A stretch of DNA of 64,000 nucleotides from an uncultured Dysgonomonas sp. GTDB lineage: Bacteria; Bacteroidota; Bacteroidia; Bacteroidales; Dysgonomonadaceae. A model generated the notes under the pieces. That model was not told the origin of the DNA and did no database searches. It saw nothing but the letters and a program-made list of their open reading frames with translations. The DNA is taken from the NCBI GenBank assembly GCA_946482065.1, contig CAMLQA010000003.1:21947-85946 (forward strand), given 5' to 3'. This document shows, piece by piece, positions 10,821 through 19,124 of the stretch; the first letter of the stretch is position 1; each line of letters opens with the position of its first letter. Both the position numbers and the translations under genes were made by a program.

Positions 10821-11546
10821 TTATTCTTCTGATGTATCTTTCATATTGTGAAAAACATTTTGCACATCATCATCTTCTTCAAATTTATCCAATAATTTCT
10901 GAATTTGCTCTTGTTGATCAGATGTTAACTCTTTTTCATCTTTAGGAAGACGTACAAATTCAACGCTATTGATTTCATAACCATTATCTTCCAAATATTT
11001 TTGAATTTCTGAATTAGATTTGAAATCGCCATATATGACTATTTCATCTTCATCCTTTTCTATCTCTTCTACACCAAAATCTATTAATTCGAGTTCAAGG
11101 TCTTCCAAAGATATATTTTCTTTCGATACAATTTTAAATATACACATATGGTCAAACATGAATTCCAAACTACCTGACGTACCAAGCGAACCCCCATATT
11201 TAGAAAAGTAGCTACGTATATTCGCAACCGTCCGATTGGTATTATCTGTCGCGGTTTCTATTACTATCGCAATACCGAACGGTCCATATCCTTCATATAT
11301 AACTTCTTTATAATCAGCCTCATCTTTAGAAGTCGCTTTTTTTATTGCGCGTTCTACATTTTCTTTAGGCATGTTTTCTTTTTTCACCTGTTGCATCAAC
11401 ATACGAAGACGAGGGTTAGCATCAGGATCAGAACCGCCTTCCTTGACAGCTATCGTAATTTGTTTTCCCAATTTAGTAAATACACGGGCCATATTCCCCC
11501 ATCGTTTTAGCTTCGTTGCTTTGCGATATTCAAATGCTCTTCCCAT
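10821..11546 (-). CDS. yebC: YebC/PmpR family DNA-binding transcriptional regulator
   Basis: MGRAFEYRKATKLKRWGNMARVFTK... is the canonical YebC N-terminus. Full length, 241 aa. Confidence 0.9.
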   Translation of the reverse strand: MGRAFEYRKATKLKRWGNMARVFTKLGKQITIAVKEGGSDPDANPRLRMLMQQVKKENMPKENVERAIKKATSKDEADYKEVIYEGYGPFGIAIVIETATDNTNRTVANIRSYFSKYGGSLGTSGSLEFMFDHMCIFKIVSKENISLEDLELELIDFGVEEIEKDEDEIVIYGDFKSNSEIQKYLEDNGYEINSVEFVRLPKDEKELTSDQQEQIQKLLDKFEEDDDVQNVFHNMKDTSEE

Positions 11547-11640
11547 AAAGAATTTATATTTATTTTCTTATTAATTTTCGATATGCAAAAGTATAAAAAA
11601 AAATCAAGGCTTATTTTTTTGCATCTGCTTTTTTAATTTT

Positions 11641-11676
11641 AAAATAAAAATAGCAACAATGAATTTGTTGCTATTT
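11641..11676 (-). terminator. Intrinsic terminator after the Cys/Lys-rich small ORF
   Basis: Minus strand reads TAGCAACA-loop-TGTTGCTA followed by TTTTTATTTT. Confidence 0.65.
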
Positions 11677-11699
11677 TAAAATATTATGCTTTTATATTA

Positions 11700-11924
11700 T
11701 TAATTCGTTTGAGTTGTTGCTTTACAACAAGATTTTTTCTTTTTATCTTTATTGCATTCTTTCTTCTTCTCTCCGCATTTCTTATCTTTAGTACATTTAT
11801 CTTCCTGCTGCGTACATTCTTTTTTCTCTTTACAATAATCACTTTTGTTATCTTGCGCAGAAAGTGTATTAACTGATCCGATAAAAGTTATACACATGAT
11901 GACAGATAGTAATAATTTCTTCAT
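11700..11924 (-). CDS. Small secreted Cys/Lys-rich protein (74 aa), function unknown
   Basis: Signal peptide MKKLLLSVIMCITFIGSVNTLSAQ. Mature part has 7 Cys in a C-x5-C-x6-C-x5-C-x6-C-x8-CC spacing embedded in K/E/D. Has its own -7 box and terminator. Confidence 0.5.
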   Translation of the reverse strand: MKKLLLSVIMCITFIGSVNTLSAQDNKSDYCKEKKECTQQEDKCTKDKKCGEKKKECNKDKKKKSCCKATTQTN

Positions 11925-11973
11925 TTATTTGCGTATTTTAAGTTATACGATGATTACCTTCATTAGGTTTATA

Positions 11974-11981
11974 CAAATATA
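11974..11981 (-). promoter_or_regulatory. Candidate -7 box (TATATTTG) for the Cys/Lys-rich ORF
   Basis: TAnnTTTG match on the minus strand, about 50 nt upstream of the ATG at 11924. Confidence 0.35.
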
Positions 11982-12070
11982 GTAGACATTATTCAATTTA
12001 ATGATGAAAAAATGTTAAGAGTCCAAAGCTTTTAGCAAATAAACAATAAGGTTGTAAAATATAGATACTT

Positions 12071-12105
12071 AAAAAGGTCATTATATTTAAATATAATGAC
12101 CTTTT
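12071..12105 (-). terminator. Intrinsic terminator after rpsP
   Basis: AAAAGGTCATTATATT / AATATAATGACCTTTT, a perfect long stem flanked by A and T runs. Confidence 0.7.
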
Positions 12106-12128
12106 CATCGAAATATTAATATTTTTAC

Positions 12129-12680
12129 TTATGCTTCAGCTTTTGATTCTGAAGATTCTTCTGTTGTAGCTTCATGAGTTTCTACTTCCTCGGCAGCTTG
12201 TTCTGCTTTAGAAGCATTTAATTCAGCTTTCTTTTGAGCTACAGCTTCTGCTTTAGCTTTGTTTACAGCTTTTTCTAATTCATGACGAGCTTTCTCTTCT
12301 TCTTTAGCTTTTGTTTGATTCTTACTGATTAAAGCTTGAATATTTTTTTCTTTAACAGCTTTCCATGCTTCAAATCTCTTTTCAGCTTCAGCTTCATCAA
12401 ACGCACCTTTTTTTACGCCACCAAGCAAATGTTTTTTCAATAAAACACCTTCATCAGATAGTATATTACGTACAGTATCTGTAGGTTGTGCTCCAACTTG
12501 CAACCAATACAATGCTCTATCAAAATCAACATTGATAGTCGCAGGATGAGTATTTGGATTATATGTTCCTACTTTTTCAATAAATTTACCGTCACGTGGA
12601 GCTCTTTGATCTGCTATAACGATGTGATAAAACGGATAGTCTTTTCGACCTCTTCTTTGTAAACGAATTCTAGTTGCCAT
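12129..12680 (-). CDS. rpsP: 30S ribosomal protein S16 (long Bacteroidota form with A/E/K-rich C-terminal tail)
   Basis: [42 protein letters not shown] is the canonical S16 sequence. Confidence 0.92.
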   Translation of the reverse strand: MATRIRLQRRGRKDYPFYHIVIADQRAPRDGKFIEKVGTYNPNTHPATINVDFDRALYWLQVGAQPTDTVRNILSDEGVLLKKHLLGGVKKGAFDEAEAEKRFEAWKAVKEKNIQALISKNQTKAKEEEKARHELEKAVNKAKAEAVAQKKAELNASKAEQAAEEVETHEATTEESSESKAEA

Positions 12681-12734
12681 TTTCTTTAAATTTTAGTTAA
12701 TGGTAATTAATACATAATTGTTATTAAGCGGTCG

Positions 12735-12742
12735 CAAAGATA
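12735..12742 (-). promoter_or_regulatory. Candidate -7 box (TATCTTTG) upstream of rpsP
   Basis: TAnnTTTG match on the minus strand, about 55 nt upstream of the rpsP ATG. Confidence 0.35.
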
Positions 12743-12790
12743 GGAATAAGTTTGTATATTACAAAATATTATATTTTTATTGCGCCGATA

Positions 12791-12835
12791 AAATAAAAAG
12801 AAGATGATTTATGGCATTGCCAATCAACTTCTTTT
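12791..12835 (-). terminator. Intrinsic terminator after the lipoprotein gene
   Basis: Minus strand reads AAGAAGTTGATT-loop-AATCATCTTCTT (one mismatch) followed by TTTTATTTT. Confidence 0.55.
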
Positions 12836-12849
12836 CATTCGTTTTTAGT

Positions 12850-13482
12850 TTATATTTGTTTTGTAACGGTAACCTTAATTTCTTTTAAATCTTCAAACTT
12901 TTGGGTTTCAGCTATACTCATAGCAAAGCTGATCATAGTATATCTATTCGTGTCATCTTCTGATTTTTCAACAACTTTTTCTTTGGTTAAGAAGATATTA
13001 CCATCTTTATCATAACAGTCAAATTTGCACTTATATGTATTCTTTTCACTGATAATAAAATATGAGTCAACAACGCTGGCATATTTATATTTGGCAATAT
13101 AATCCAGCTTAATGCCCGGCGCTAAATCTTCAGTATACGGTATAACATTATAATGTGTTTTGGCTTCATCTGTTATTCCATCCATAAGACCGTCAACAGA
13201 TTGTACTAAAATGTGTCCGGTCATGGATGCTACTTTAGATGCATGAGCTTCTAACTGTTCGTTAAGACTCTTACCCACACCGAGAGCTATACTTCCCGCT
13301 GCATCTGTAGTTAATTTACCAATTCGTTCCCCATTTTCATTCACAGCCTCAACTACTCCTTCAACTGCGCTTAATCCAGTCTCTGTAACTTTCTTTGTAG
13401 CTTTTTTTACACAACCGGAACATGAGTTAAAAGCCATTATTATAGAAATTAAAAGAGACAATAAAATCAGATTTTTTTTCAT
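12850..13482 (-). CDS. Hypothetical lipoprotein
   Basis: Lipobox-like MKKNLILLSLLISIIMAFNSC. No recognisable domain. Confidence 0.5.
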   Translation of the reverse strand: MKKNLILLSLLISIIMAFNSCSGCVKKATKKVTETGLSAVEGVVEAVNENGERIGKLTTDAAGSIALGVGKSLNEQLEAHASKVASMTGHILVQSVDGLMDGITDEAKTHYNVIPYTEDLAPGIKLDYIAKYKYASVVDSYFIISEKNTYKCKFDCYDKDGNIFLTKEKVVEKSEDDTNRYTMISFAMSIAETQKFEDLKEIKVTVTKQI

Positions 13483-13798
13483 AACAAGTAAAGATATAGA
13501 TTAGATAGTTATATTTGTATTAATCAGAACAAAGTTAAAATAAAAAAGATATTTTACAATATTTTAATATACAATATACTAATTATTATAGCATTTATTT
13601 ATTATAAATTTTTAAAGTAATATACTAAAAGCGGCAAAAATTGCAAATCATATCAGTTTTGATTTAAAGGCAGAGATATAGATTATTATATATCAAATAT
13701 TTCCATATATTAGATTAAACACTTCATAAAGTCATGATTAAAATATGGACAATATCTAATAAAAAATCAAAGATTACTAACAAGAATAGGAGAAGAAC

Positions 13799-13888
13799 AA
13801 ATTACCACATTAACTAATTAAATAATATTCAAATAGAAAAGGAAGATATTCAGATAGAATATCTTCCTTTTAAGTATAATCATAACTA
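13799..13888. repeat. Direct repeat copy A (terminator-containing 3' UTR module)
   Basis: 13799-13881 matches 17938-18020 at 81 of 83 positions (aligned by eye). The match extends 7 more nt after a 2-nt indel. Confidence 0.9.
13837..13871 (-). terminator. Hairpin terminator after the TonB-dependent-receptor-like gene (inside repeat copy A)
   Basis: AAAAGGAAGATATTC-AGATA-GAATATCTTCCTTTT, a perfect stem flanked by A and T runs. Confidence 0.75.
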
Positions 13889-13902
13889 ATTCAATCAAGG
13901 TG

Positions 13903-16212
13903 TTAGAAACTATAATTTAAACCAAATTCAACTGTGAAAGGACGTATGTAAGAGCCGCTCATGATTGTATTGTTTCTTTTAGCCGCTTCTTCCTTTGTCA
14001 AAATCAAGTCGGAGTCAGTGATAGATCCCGAAGCACCTTTCTGATTAAACAAGTTCACGAAGCTACAGCTGACATTTACGCTTTTACTCAATTTATAGTT
14101 GACACCAGCAAAAGTTTCCCAGCGGGGAGCAAAATGTAAGGTATTCGGCTTGTTCATATACTGTTTACTGAAATATCTCATGGAAGCCCAAACCCTCAGG
14201 TCCCTGTAAGTATAACTCGGATCAATTTCGATCAACATTTTGGATATACCTGTAACGGTTTTATCACTATAGTTATAATTGATTTTTGTCCCATCTTTGA
14301 AGTTTACTTCTCCAGAGAAGTTTTTATATTTCGGGGATTGCAATGTGAGTAATAAATGGAGGTCAAACCCATTAAAAGGTTTAATAATGGCATCAGTTGT
14401 CCAACCCATAGTCTCAATATCATAATGTGTCATCGGTCTTACGATGTCGCCGGAAGCATTTGGATTAGTGAAATTTATGGTCGTTCTGTATTCATCTCTT
14501 TTAATATAGTTTGCTTTCGAAACAATGCTGACAATCGGATGATTGTAATAAACGCCGATACCAAATTCAGGAATTTTCGATTTTTTTAGCTGCGGATCAG
14601 CTCCGGAAGAATAACTTTCCAGCTGGCCACCTTGTTCATTGTAATATCCTTCAGCCAAAAAGCCCAATTTATTATTCAGCTTATAAATTAATTCAAGCGT
14701 GAAGGCTTTCTTGAACCAGTTGTCCTTGATATTTATTTTAGGTTGATTAATTGTAGTATAAGGCAAATTAGTTGCAGGATCATTCACAGACCTGTCTAAA
14801 CGGTCGCCACGAACGGTATGGTATTCGAAACGTGCCCCTGCCGATACTTGGAAAACAGGAATTACATCCCATTTATCGTACAGATAAACAGCGTGTTTGT
14901 TTTCATGTCCGTTGTGATATTCTAAACTCATATTGTCATTATAATTTCCGCTTTTCGAATTTGAAGTTTTTCCGGTAGGAACCCATTTACCTTCTTTATA
15001 TTCCGTCTTAATCAGCTTGCTCGGATTAGCGGCGACTTCCTGATAATATTGAGTGGTTTCAGTAGTGAATTTATCAATTTTATAATAAGACTCCTGTAAT
15101 CCTACTTTCCAAAGGTGTTTACCCGATTTGCGTCCGGCTTCAAACTGCGACATGAACGTGGTAATAGGAGTACGCGGAGAAGCTAAAATAAAGATAGCCT
15201 GAGCATCTCCTTTATATTCTGTTCCGTCAATATAATGATATCTTACTTTAGAATTGTCTCTACTGGCGGCAGCGTCATTACCCACATTGGATGGTACGTA
15301 AATACCGCTCCGTGCACTGTGGTATCTCATAATCGCATTAATATTTAAGCCATTGGAAAGAGTATTCTTGCTGATTAAGTCAAGAGTGTTCGATCTTGAT
15401 CCGTAATCGTTAACGACATCTCTGGTTCTGTATTTTCCCGTGAAAGCATCGATAACAGTCAGTTTACCGGAGTTTTCAAAATAAGAATCCCTGCCCAGCC
15501 TAAAATTATCCAATTCTTCAACTTTACCATTCGTTTTATATATAAAAGGGCTGTTTTTGGTCATAATATCCTTTGCGTTGGTATACTTGTAAAGCAGCGA
15601 AGTAGAACCTTTTATCCAGGAAGAATTATAATCTTTAGTCAAGGCAAATTTATAAAGATGGGCTTTGTCGGCGTAGTAGCGGTCGACTCCTTCAGGTTTG
15701 AAAGAACCCGGGTCTAAGCTGGTATAAGCACCGGCTGAAAATTTTAAGCCATTACCGATTATCGGGCCGCTTATGTTGATAGTGTTCCTGATCAGTCCGA
15801 AATGGTTTGAGTTTACAGAACCATTACCTCTGAAATTGTCCGTGCCGAGGTTATCAAACGAACCAACCGAGAACCCTACATCACCGATACTTAAGGCGGT
15901 GCTGCCTAAATTCAGAAGTTCAAATCCGTTAGTGGTGGCATCAGTACGCCATGCTTTGGTCGGAAACTCCGGCCAGAAGAAAAAAACAACAGGGAGGCCG
16001 TTTTCTAATACAGTCGTTCCGCCGACACTGGCAGGCAACCCGATATTAACATTCCGAGGTCCGGTATTGTCCGAAGCGTTTAACATCACATTCCGGTCAC
16101 TTTTTTTCGTGGTGGTAGTGTCGCTCTTGGCTTCCTGAGCCGTTAAGTTAACACCGGTAATAAAAAGGCAAGCAAGCAGCCCAAATTTAAAATTACGCAA
16201 TTTAATTTTCAT
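13903..16212 (-). CDS. TonB-dependent-receptor-like outer-membrane beta-barrel protein
   Basis: Signal peptide. Short plug-like segment (GPRNVNIGLPASVGGTTVLENGLPVV). Long alternating beta-strand pattern rich in G/Y/N. C-terminal aromatic residue (GLNYSF). No adjacent SusD-like gene. Confidence 0.65.
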   Translation of the reverse strand: MKIKLRNFKFGLLACLFITGVNLTAQEAKSDTTTTKKSDRNVMLNASDNTGPRNVNIGLPASVGGTTVLENGLPVVFFFWPEFPTKAWRTDATTNGFELLNLGSTALSIGDVGFSVGSFDNLGTDNFRGNGSVNSNHFGLIRNTINISGPIIGNGLKFSAGAYTSLDPGSFKPEGVDRYYADKAHLYKFALTKDYNSSWIKGSTSLLYKYTNAKDIMTKNSPFIYKTNGKVEELDNFRLGRDSYFENSGKLTVIDAFTGKYRTRDVVNDYGSRSNTLDLISKNTLSNGLNINAIMRYHSARSGIYVPSNVGNDAAASRDNSKVRYHYIDGTEYKGDAQAIFILASPRTPITTFMSQFEAGRKSGKHLWKVGLQESYYKIDKFTTETTQYYQEVAANPSKLIKTEYKEGKWVPTGKTSNSKSGNYNDNMSLEYHNGHENKHAVYLYDKWDVIPVFQVSAGARFEYHTVRGDRLDRSVNDPATNLPYTTINQPKINIKDNWFKKAFTLELIYKLNNKLGFLAEGYYNEQGGQLESYSSGADPQLKKSKIPEFGIGVYYNHPIVSIVSKANYIKRDEYRTTINFTNPNASGDIVRPMTHYDIETMGWTTDAIIKPFNGFDLHLLLTLQSPKYKNFSGEVNFKDGTKINYNYSDKTVTGISKMLIEIDPSYTYRDLRVWASMRYFSKQYMNKPNTLHFAPRWETFAGVNYKLSKSVNVSCSFVNLFNQKGASGSITDSDLILTKEEAAKRNNTIMSGSYIRPFTVEFGLNYSF

Positions 16213-16240
16213 AAAACTTTAAATAAAGGTTAAATAAAGG

Positions 16241-16255
16241 GTGTAAATAGTACAC
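16241..16255. promoter_or_regulatory. Inverted repeat GTGTA-N5-TACAC in the divergent intergenic region (candidate operator)
   Basis: A perfect 5+5 palindrome seen in sequence. Lies next to a tandem AAATAAAGG repeat (16221-16229 and 16232-16240). Confidence 0.25.
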
Positions 16256-16388
16256 ACCGAAAGGTAATAACATAATTTTAAAAAAATTAAAATCTTCGCA
16301 GAAAAATCAGATGTTGTAAAACATATTATAAATTAGAAGAAATTAAATATATTAAATTTGTTGATAGATAGGTTTTATAAAAGATATA

Positions 16389-17186
16389 ATGGAAAAAGAA
16401 AAAACAATTCTCCAAAGTTTAAGCAGTTTCCATCCGGGGTTCTCTGTAGACTGTGTAGTGGTGACATATCACGAAAAGAAAATAAAGATATTAATCAACA
16501 GGTATGATAAAATAGGGCAGTGGATGCTTCCCGGAGGATTTGTCAGGAAAGACGAAGATGTGGATCAGGCGGTACACCGGATACTAAAGGCCAGAACCGG
16601 ATTGGGAAATATCTACCTTCAACAATTCCGGTTGTTTGGTTCCGTCGGTCGAACCGATCTCGGTGTGAATAAAAAAATATTGGATATCTTGAATGACGAA
16701 CCCGGTAAAAGACAAGACTATGAAAGTTTCTATGTCAACAGGTTTATCACGATGGGATATTACGCCTTAGTCAATTTCGAGAAAATCCGTATACCCGGTA
16801 AATATTCGCATATTTGCAAATGGTTCAGCCTGGACGACCTGCCGGAGTTATATTCAGATCATCGGCAAATAATAGATAAAGCCATACAGACAATAAGATT
16901 TTTAATAAAATACTTACCTATAGGCTCCCAAATGTTACCCGAAAAATTTACCCTTCCCGATTTGAGAGTAATTTACGAGGGTTTATTAGGCAAAAAATTG
17001 GATAGAAGAAATTTTCAAAAGAAAATGCTATCATCAGGATTGATAGAACGGCTGGAAAAATGTAAAGATGTGAAAACATATCCGCATTCATATTATTACA
17101 GGTTTAATAAACAAACATCCGAATTAAAAGAAATTGAATCTCTCAGCATACCCATATCAATTTTAAAAAGCGTTAAAAGCCTATAA
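16389..17186 (+). CDS. NrtR-family regulator (N-terminal Nudix domain plus C-terminal winged helix)
   Basis: Nudix-like core (LPGGFVRKDEDVDQAVHRILKARTGL). C-terminal FTLPDLRVIYEGLLGKKLDRRNFQKKMLSSGLIERL, typical of the NrtR/AraR-type wHTH. Confidence 0.7.
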   Translation: MEKEKTILQSLSSFHPGFSVDCVVVTYHEKKIKILINRYDKIGQWMLPGGFVRKDEDVDQAVHRILKARTGLGNIYLQQFRLFGSVGRTDLGVNKKILDILNDEPGKRQDYESFYVNRFITMGYYALVNFEKIRIPGKYSHICKWFSLDDLPELYSDHRQIIDKAIQTIRFLIKYLPIGSQMLPEKFTLPDLRVIYEGLLGKKLDRRNFQKKMLSSGLIERLEKCKDVKTYPHSYYYRFNKQTSELKEIESLSIPISILKSVKSL

Positions 17187-17937
17187 AATATCGGTTACAA
17201 GTCCTTCGGATAATAAAATACCTGATGCCAATTTCATGGCCGCAGGAGTTGAAATTTTGTATAGCATTACTCTGCAAGTTTGAAAAAATAACAAGAGCCC
17301 GCGATAAAGGGTTATATGTAAATAACCACAATTTCCGAAAGATTAAATTTATTAATAGCATGGAGTATGCCATTTATAAATTTCATAGCTTTGATTTCAA
17401 TTTTCAGTAAAAATCTTAGATTATCAAAATCGGTTTATTGATAAGGATATTTTCCACAATATAGCAAAACTTCATCAGATCCTTACTAAATTTCATTTTC
17501 AACCCGATAATATATTGGTATTATAAGGTTTTGTGCCCCTGACCAATTTACAGATGACATTTAAAGTTAAGTTTATTCAAAATTAACAGCAGATATATAA
17601 ATATAATAAAGGAGTTATTACCATAAAAAGTTATTTTTGTAATTAATAACCAAAACTTAGCATGAAAAAATTAGAATCATTGTTTCCGGCACTACGAACT
17701 TTTACATGTCTTACCGGACAAAAAATTAACCAAACTGTTTTTTCCAACCACCTGAAAGATGATTTTCCGGGCCAAACAGTTACTTAGCACTTGCTGATAA
17801 ATCAGATACAATCAGTAGATAAATCTGATGAATTTCCTTTCAAACTAAATGAACATGCTGTCAAACTATATTTGCCCCTGAAAAGGAAAAACCGGAAGCA
17901 AAACGCTTTCCATATCAAAGAACATTACTAAAGACAA

Positions 17938-18029
17938 AAATTACCGCATTAACTAATTAAATAATATTCAAATAGAAAAGGAAGATATTCAGAGAGAATA
18001 TCTTCCTTTTAAGTATAATCGTATAACTA
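17938..18029. repeat. Direct repeat copy B (terminator-containing 3' UTR module of ilvC)
   Basis: See copy A. Ends 4 nt before the ilvC stop codon. Confidence 0.9.
17976..18010 (-). terminator. Hairpin terminator after ilvC (inside repeat copy B)
   Basis: AAAAGGAAGATATTC-AGAGA-GAATATCTTCCTTTT. Confidence 0.75.
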
Positions 18030-18032
18030 CAA

Positions 18033-19079
18033 TTAGTTATTTTCCGGTCTCAATTTACGAACAACTTCACCCGTACGCCACATTTCACTCTCACGAAGAG
18101 CTTTTAATTCTTCTTCAAGTTTTTCACGATAATCAGGTTGTGAATTTGTATCTATCGAACGCTGAGCCTCATTTCCACAAGCTACTTCATTATAAAGTTT
18201 TTCGAATACAGGCTTAGTCGCATCATGAAAAGGTCCCATCCAATCTAAAGCCCCACGTTGAGCAGTAGTAGAACAGTTAGCATACATCCAATCCATACCT
18301 TTTTCAGCAAATAACGGCATTAATGATTGTGTAAGCTCTTCTACTGTTTCATTAAAAGCTTCAGAAGGCGTATGTCCTTTTTCGCGTAAGACTTCATATT
18401 GAGCCAAAAGAATACCTTGAATAGCACCCATCAATGTACCTCGTTCTCCTGTAAGATCAGAATAAACCTCGCGTTTGAAATCTGTTTCAAACAAATAACC
18501 GGAACCAACCCCAATACCTAAAGCAATAACTCGTTCTTTTGCTCGACCTGTCGCATCCTGAAATACCGCATAACTGGAATTCAAACCTCGTCCTTCTAAA
18601 AACATACGGCGTAGACTTGTTCCTGAACCTTTTGGCGCCACAAGGATAACATCAATATCAGCCGGCGGTATAATTCCTGTTCGTTCTTTGTATGTAATAC
18701 CAAATCCATGAGAGAAATAAAGAGCTTTACCTGCTGTTAAATAAGGTTTAATACGTGGCCAAACTTCAATTTGAGCAGCATCAGATAATAAATATTGTAT
18801 AATTGTTCCTTTTTCAGCCGCTTCTTCTATTTCAAATAATGTTTTACCAGGTACCCATCCATCAGCTATCGCCTTCTCCCAAGTTTTACCGCCTTTGCGT
18901 TGTCCGATAATAACATTAAAGCCATTATCACGCAGATTTAATGCTTGTCCCGGACCTTGAACTCCATAACCGATAACGGCTATAGTTTCGTTTTTCAATA
19001 CTTCTCTTGCTTTTTCTAAAGGAAATTCTTCTCGAGTAGCTACTTGTTCAACTACTCCTCCAAAATTCATTTCTGCCAT
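18033..19079 (-). CDS. ilvC: Ketol-acid reductoisomerase
   Basis: IAVIGYGVQGPGQALNLRDNG Rossmann motif. Full-length 348 aa class I KARI. Confidence 0.95.
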   Translation of the reverse strand: MAEMNFGGVVEQVATREEFPLEKAREVLKNETIAVIGYGVQGPGQALNLRDNGFNVIIGQRKGGKTWEKAIADGWVPGKTLFEIEEAAEKGTIIQYLLSDAAQIEVWPRIKPYLTAGKALYFSHGFGITYKERTGIIPPADIDVILVAPKGSGTSLRRMFLEGRGLNSSYAVFQDATGRAKERVIALGIGVGSGYLFETDFKREVYSDLTGERGTLMGAIQGILLAQYEVLREKGHTPSEAFNETVEELTQSLMPLFAEKGMDWMYANCSTTAQRGALDWMGPFHDATKPVFEKLYNEVACGNEAQRSIDTNSQPDYREKLEEELKALRESEMWRTGEVVRKLRPENN

Positions 19080-19124
19080 GATATATTGTCGTTTTTATTA
19101 ATAAAAAAATTATTTAAGTTTTTC

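Noticed and set aside
12129-12400. Long A/E/K-rich C-terminal extension on ribosomal protein S16.
   Set aside because: Extended S16 of about 180 aa is the normal Bacteroidota form. It is not a fusion or an anomaly.
13903-17186. Apparent higher G+C in the receptor/regulator module as evidence of horizontal origin.
   Set aside because: Hand counts of single 60-nt lines gave 45-55% inside the receptor gene. But ilvD (45%), gyrA (50%) and the DPP-IV gene (42%) are similar, and one regulator line gave 32%. Composition by eye does not discriminate here. A computed sliding-window or codon-usage analysis is needed, so the island argument rests on the direct repeats only.
17662-17787. 41-aa ORF (MKKLESLFPALRTFTCLTGQKINQTVFSNHLKDDFPGQTVT) in the ORF-free tail of the module.
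   Set aside because: It has no signal peptide, no recognisable motif, and no convincing promoter or terminator. It is more likely a chance ORF or part of a decayed gene.
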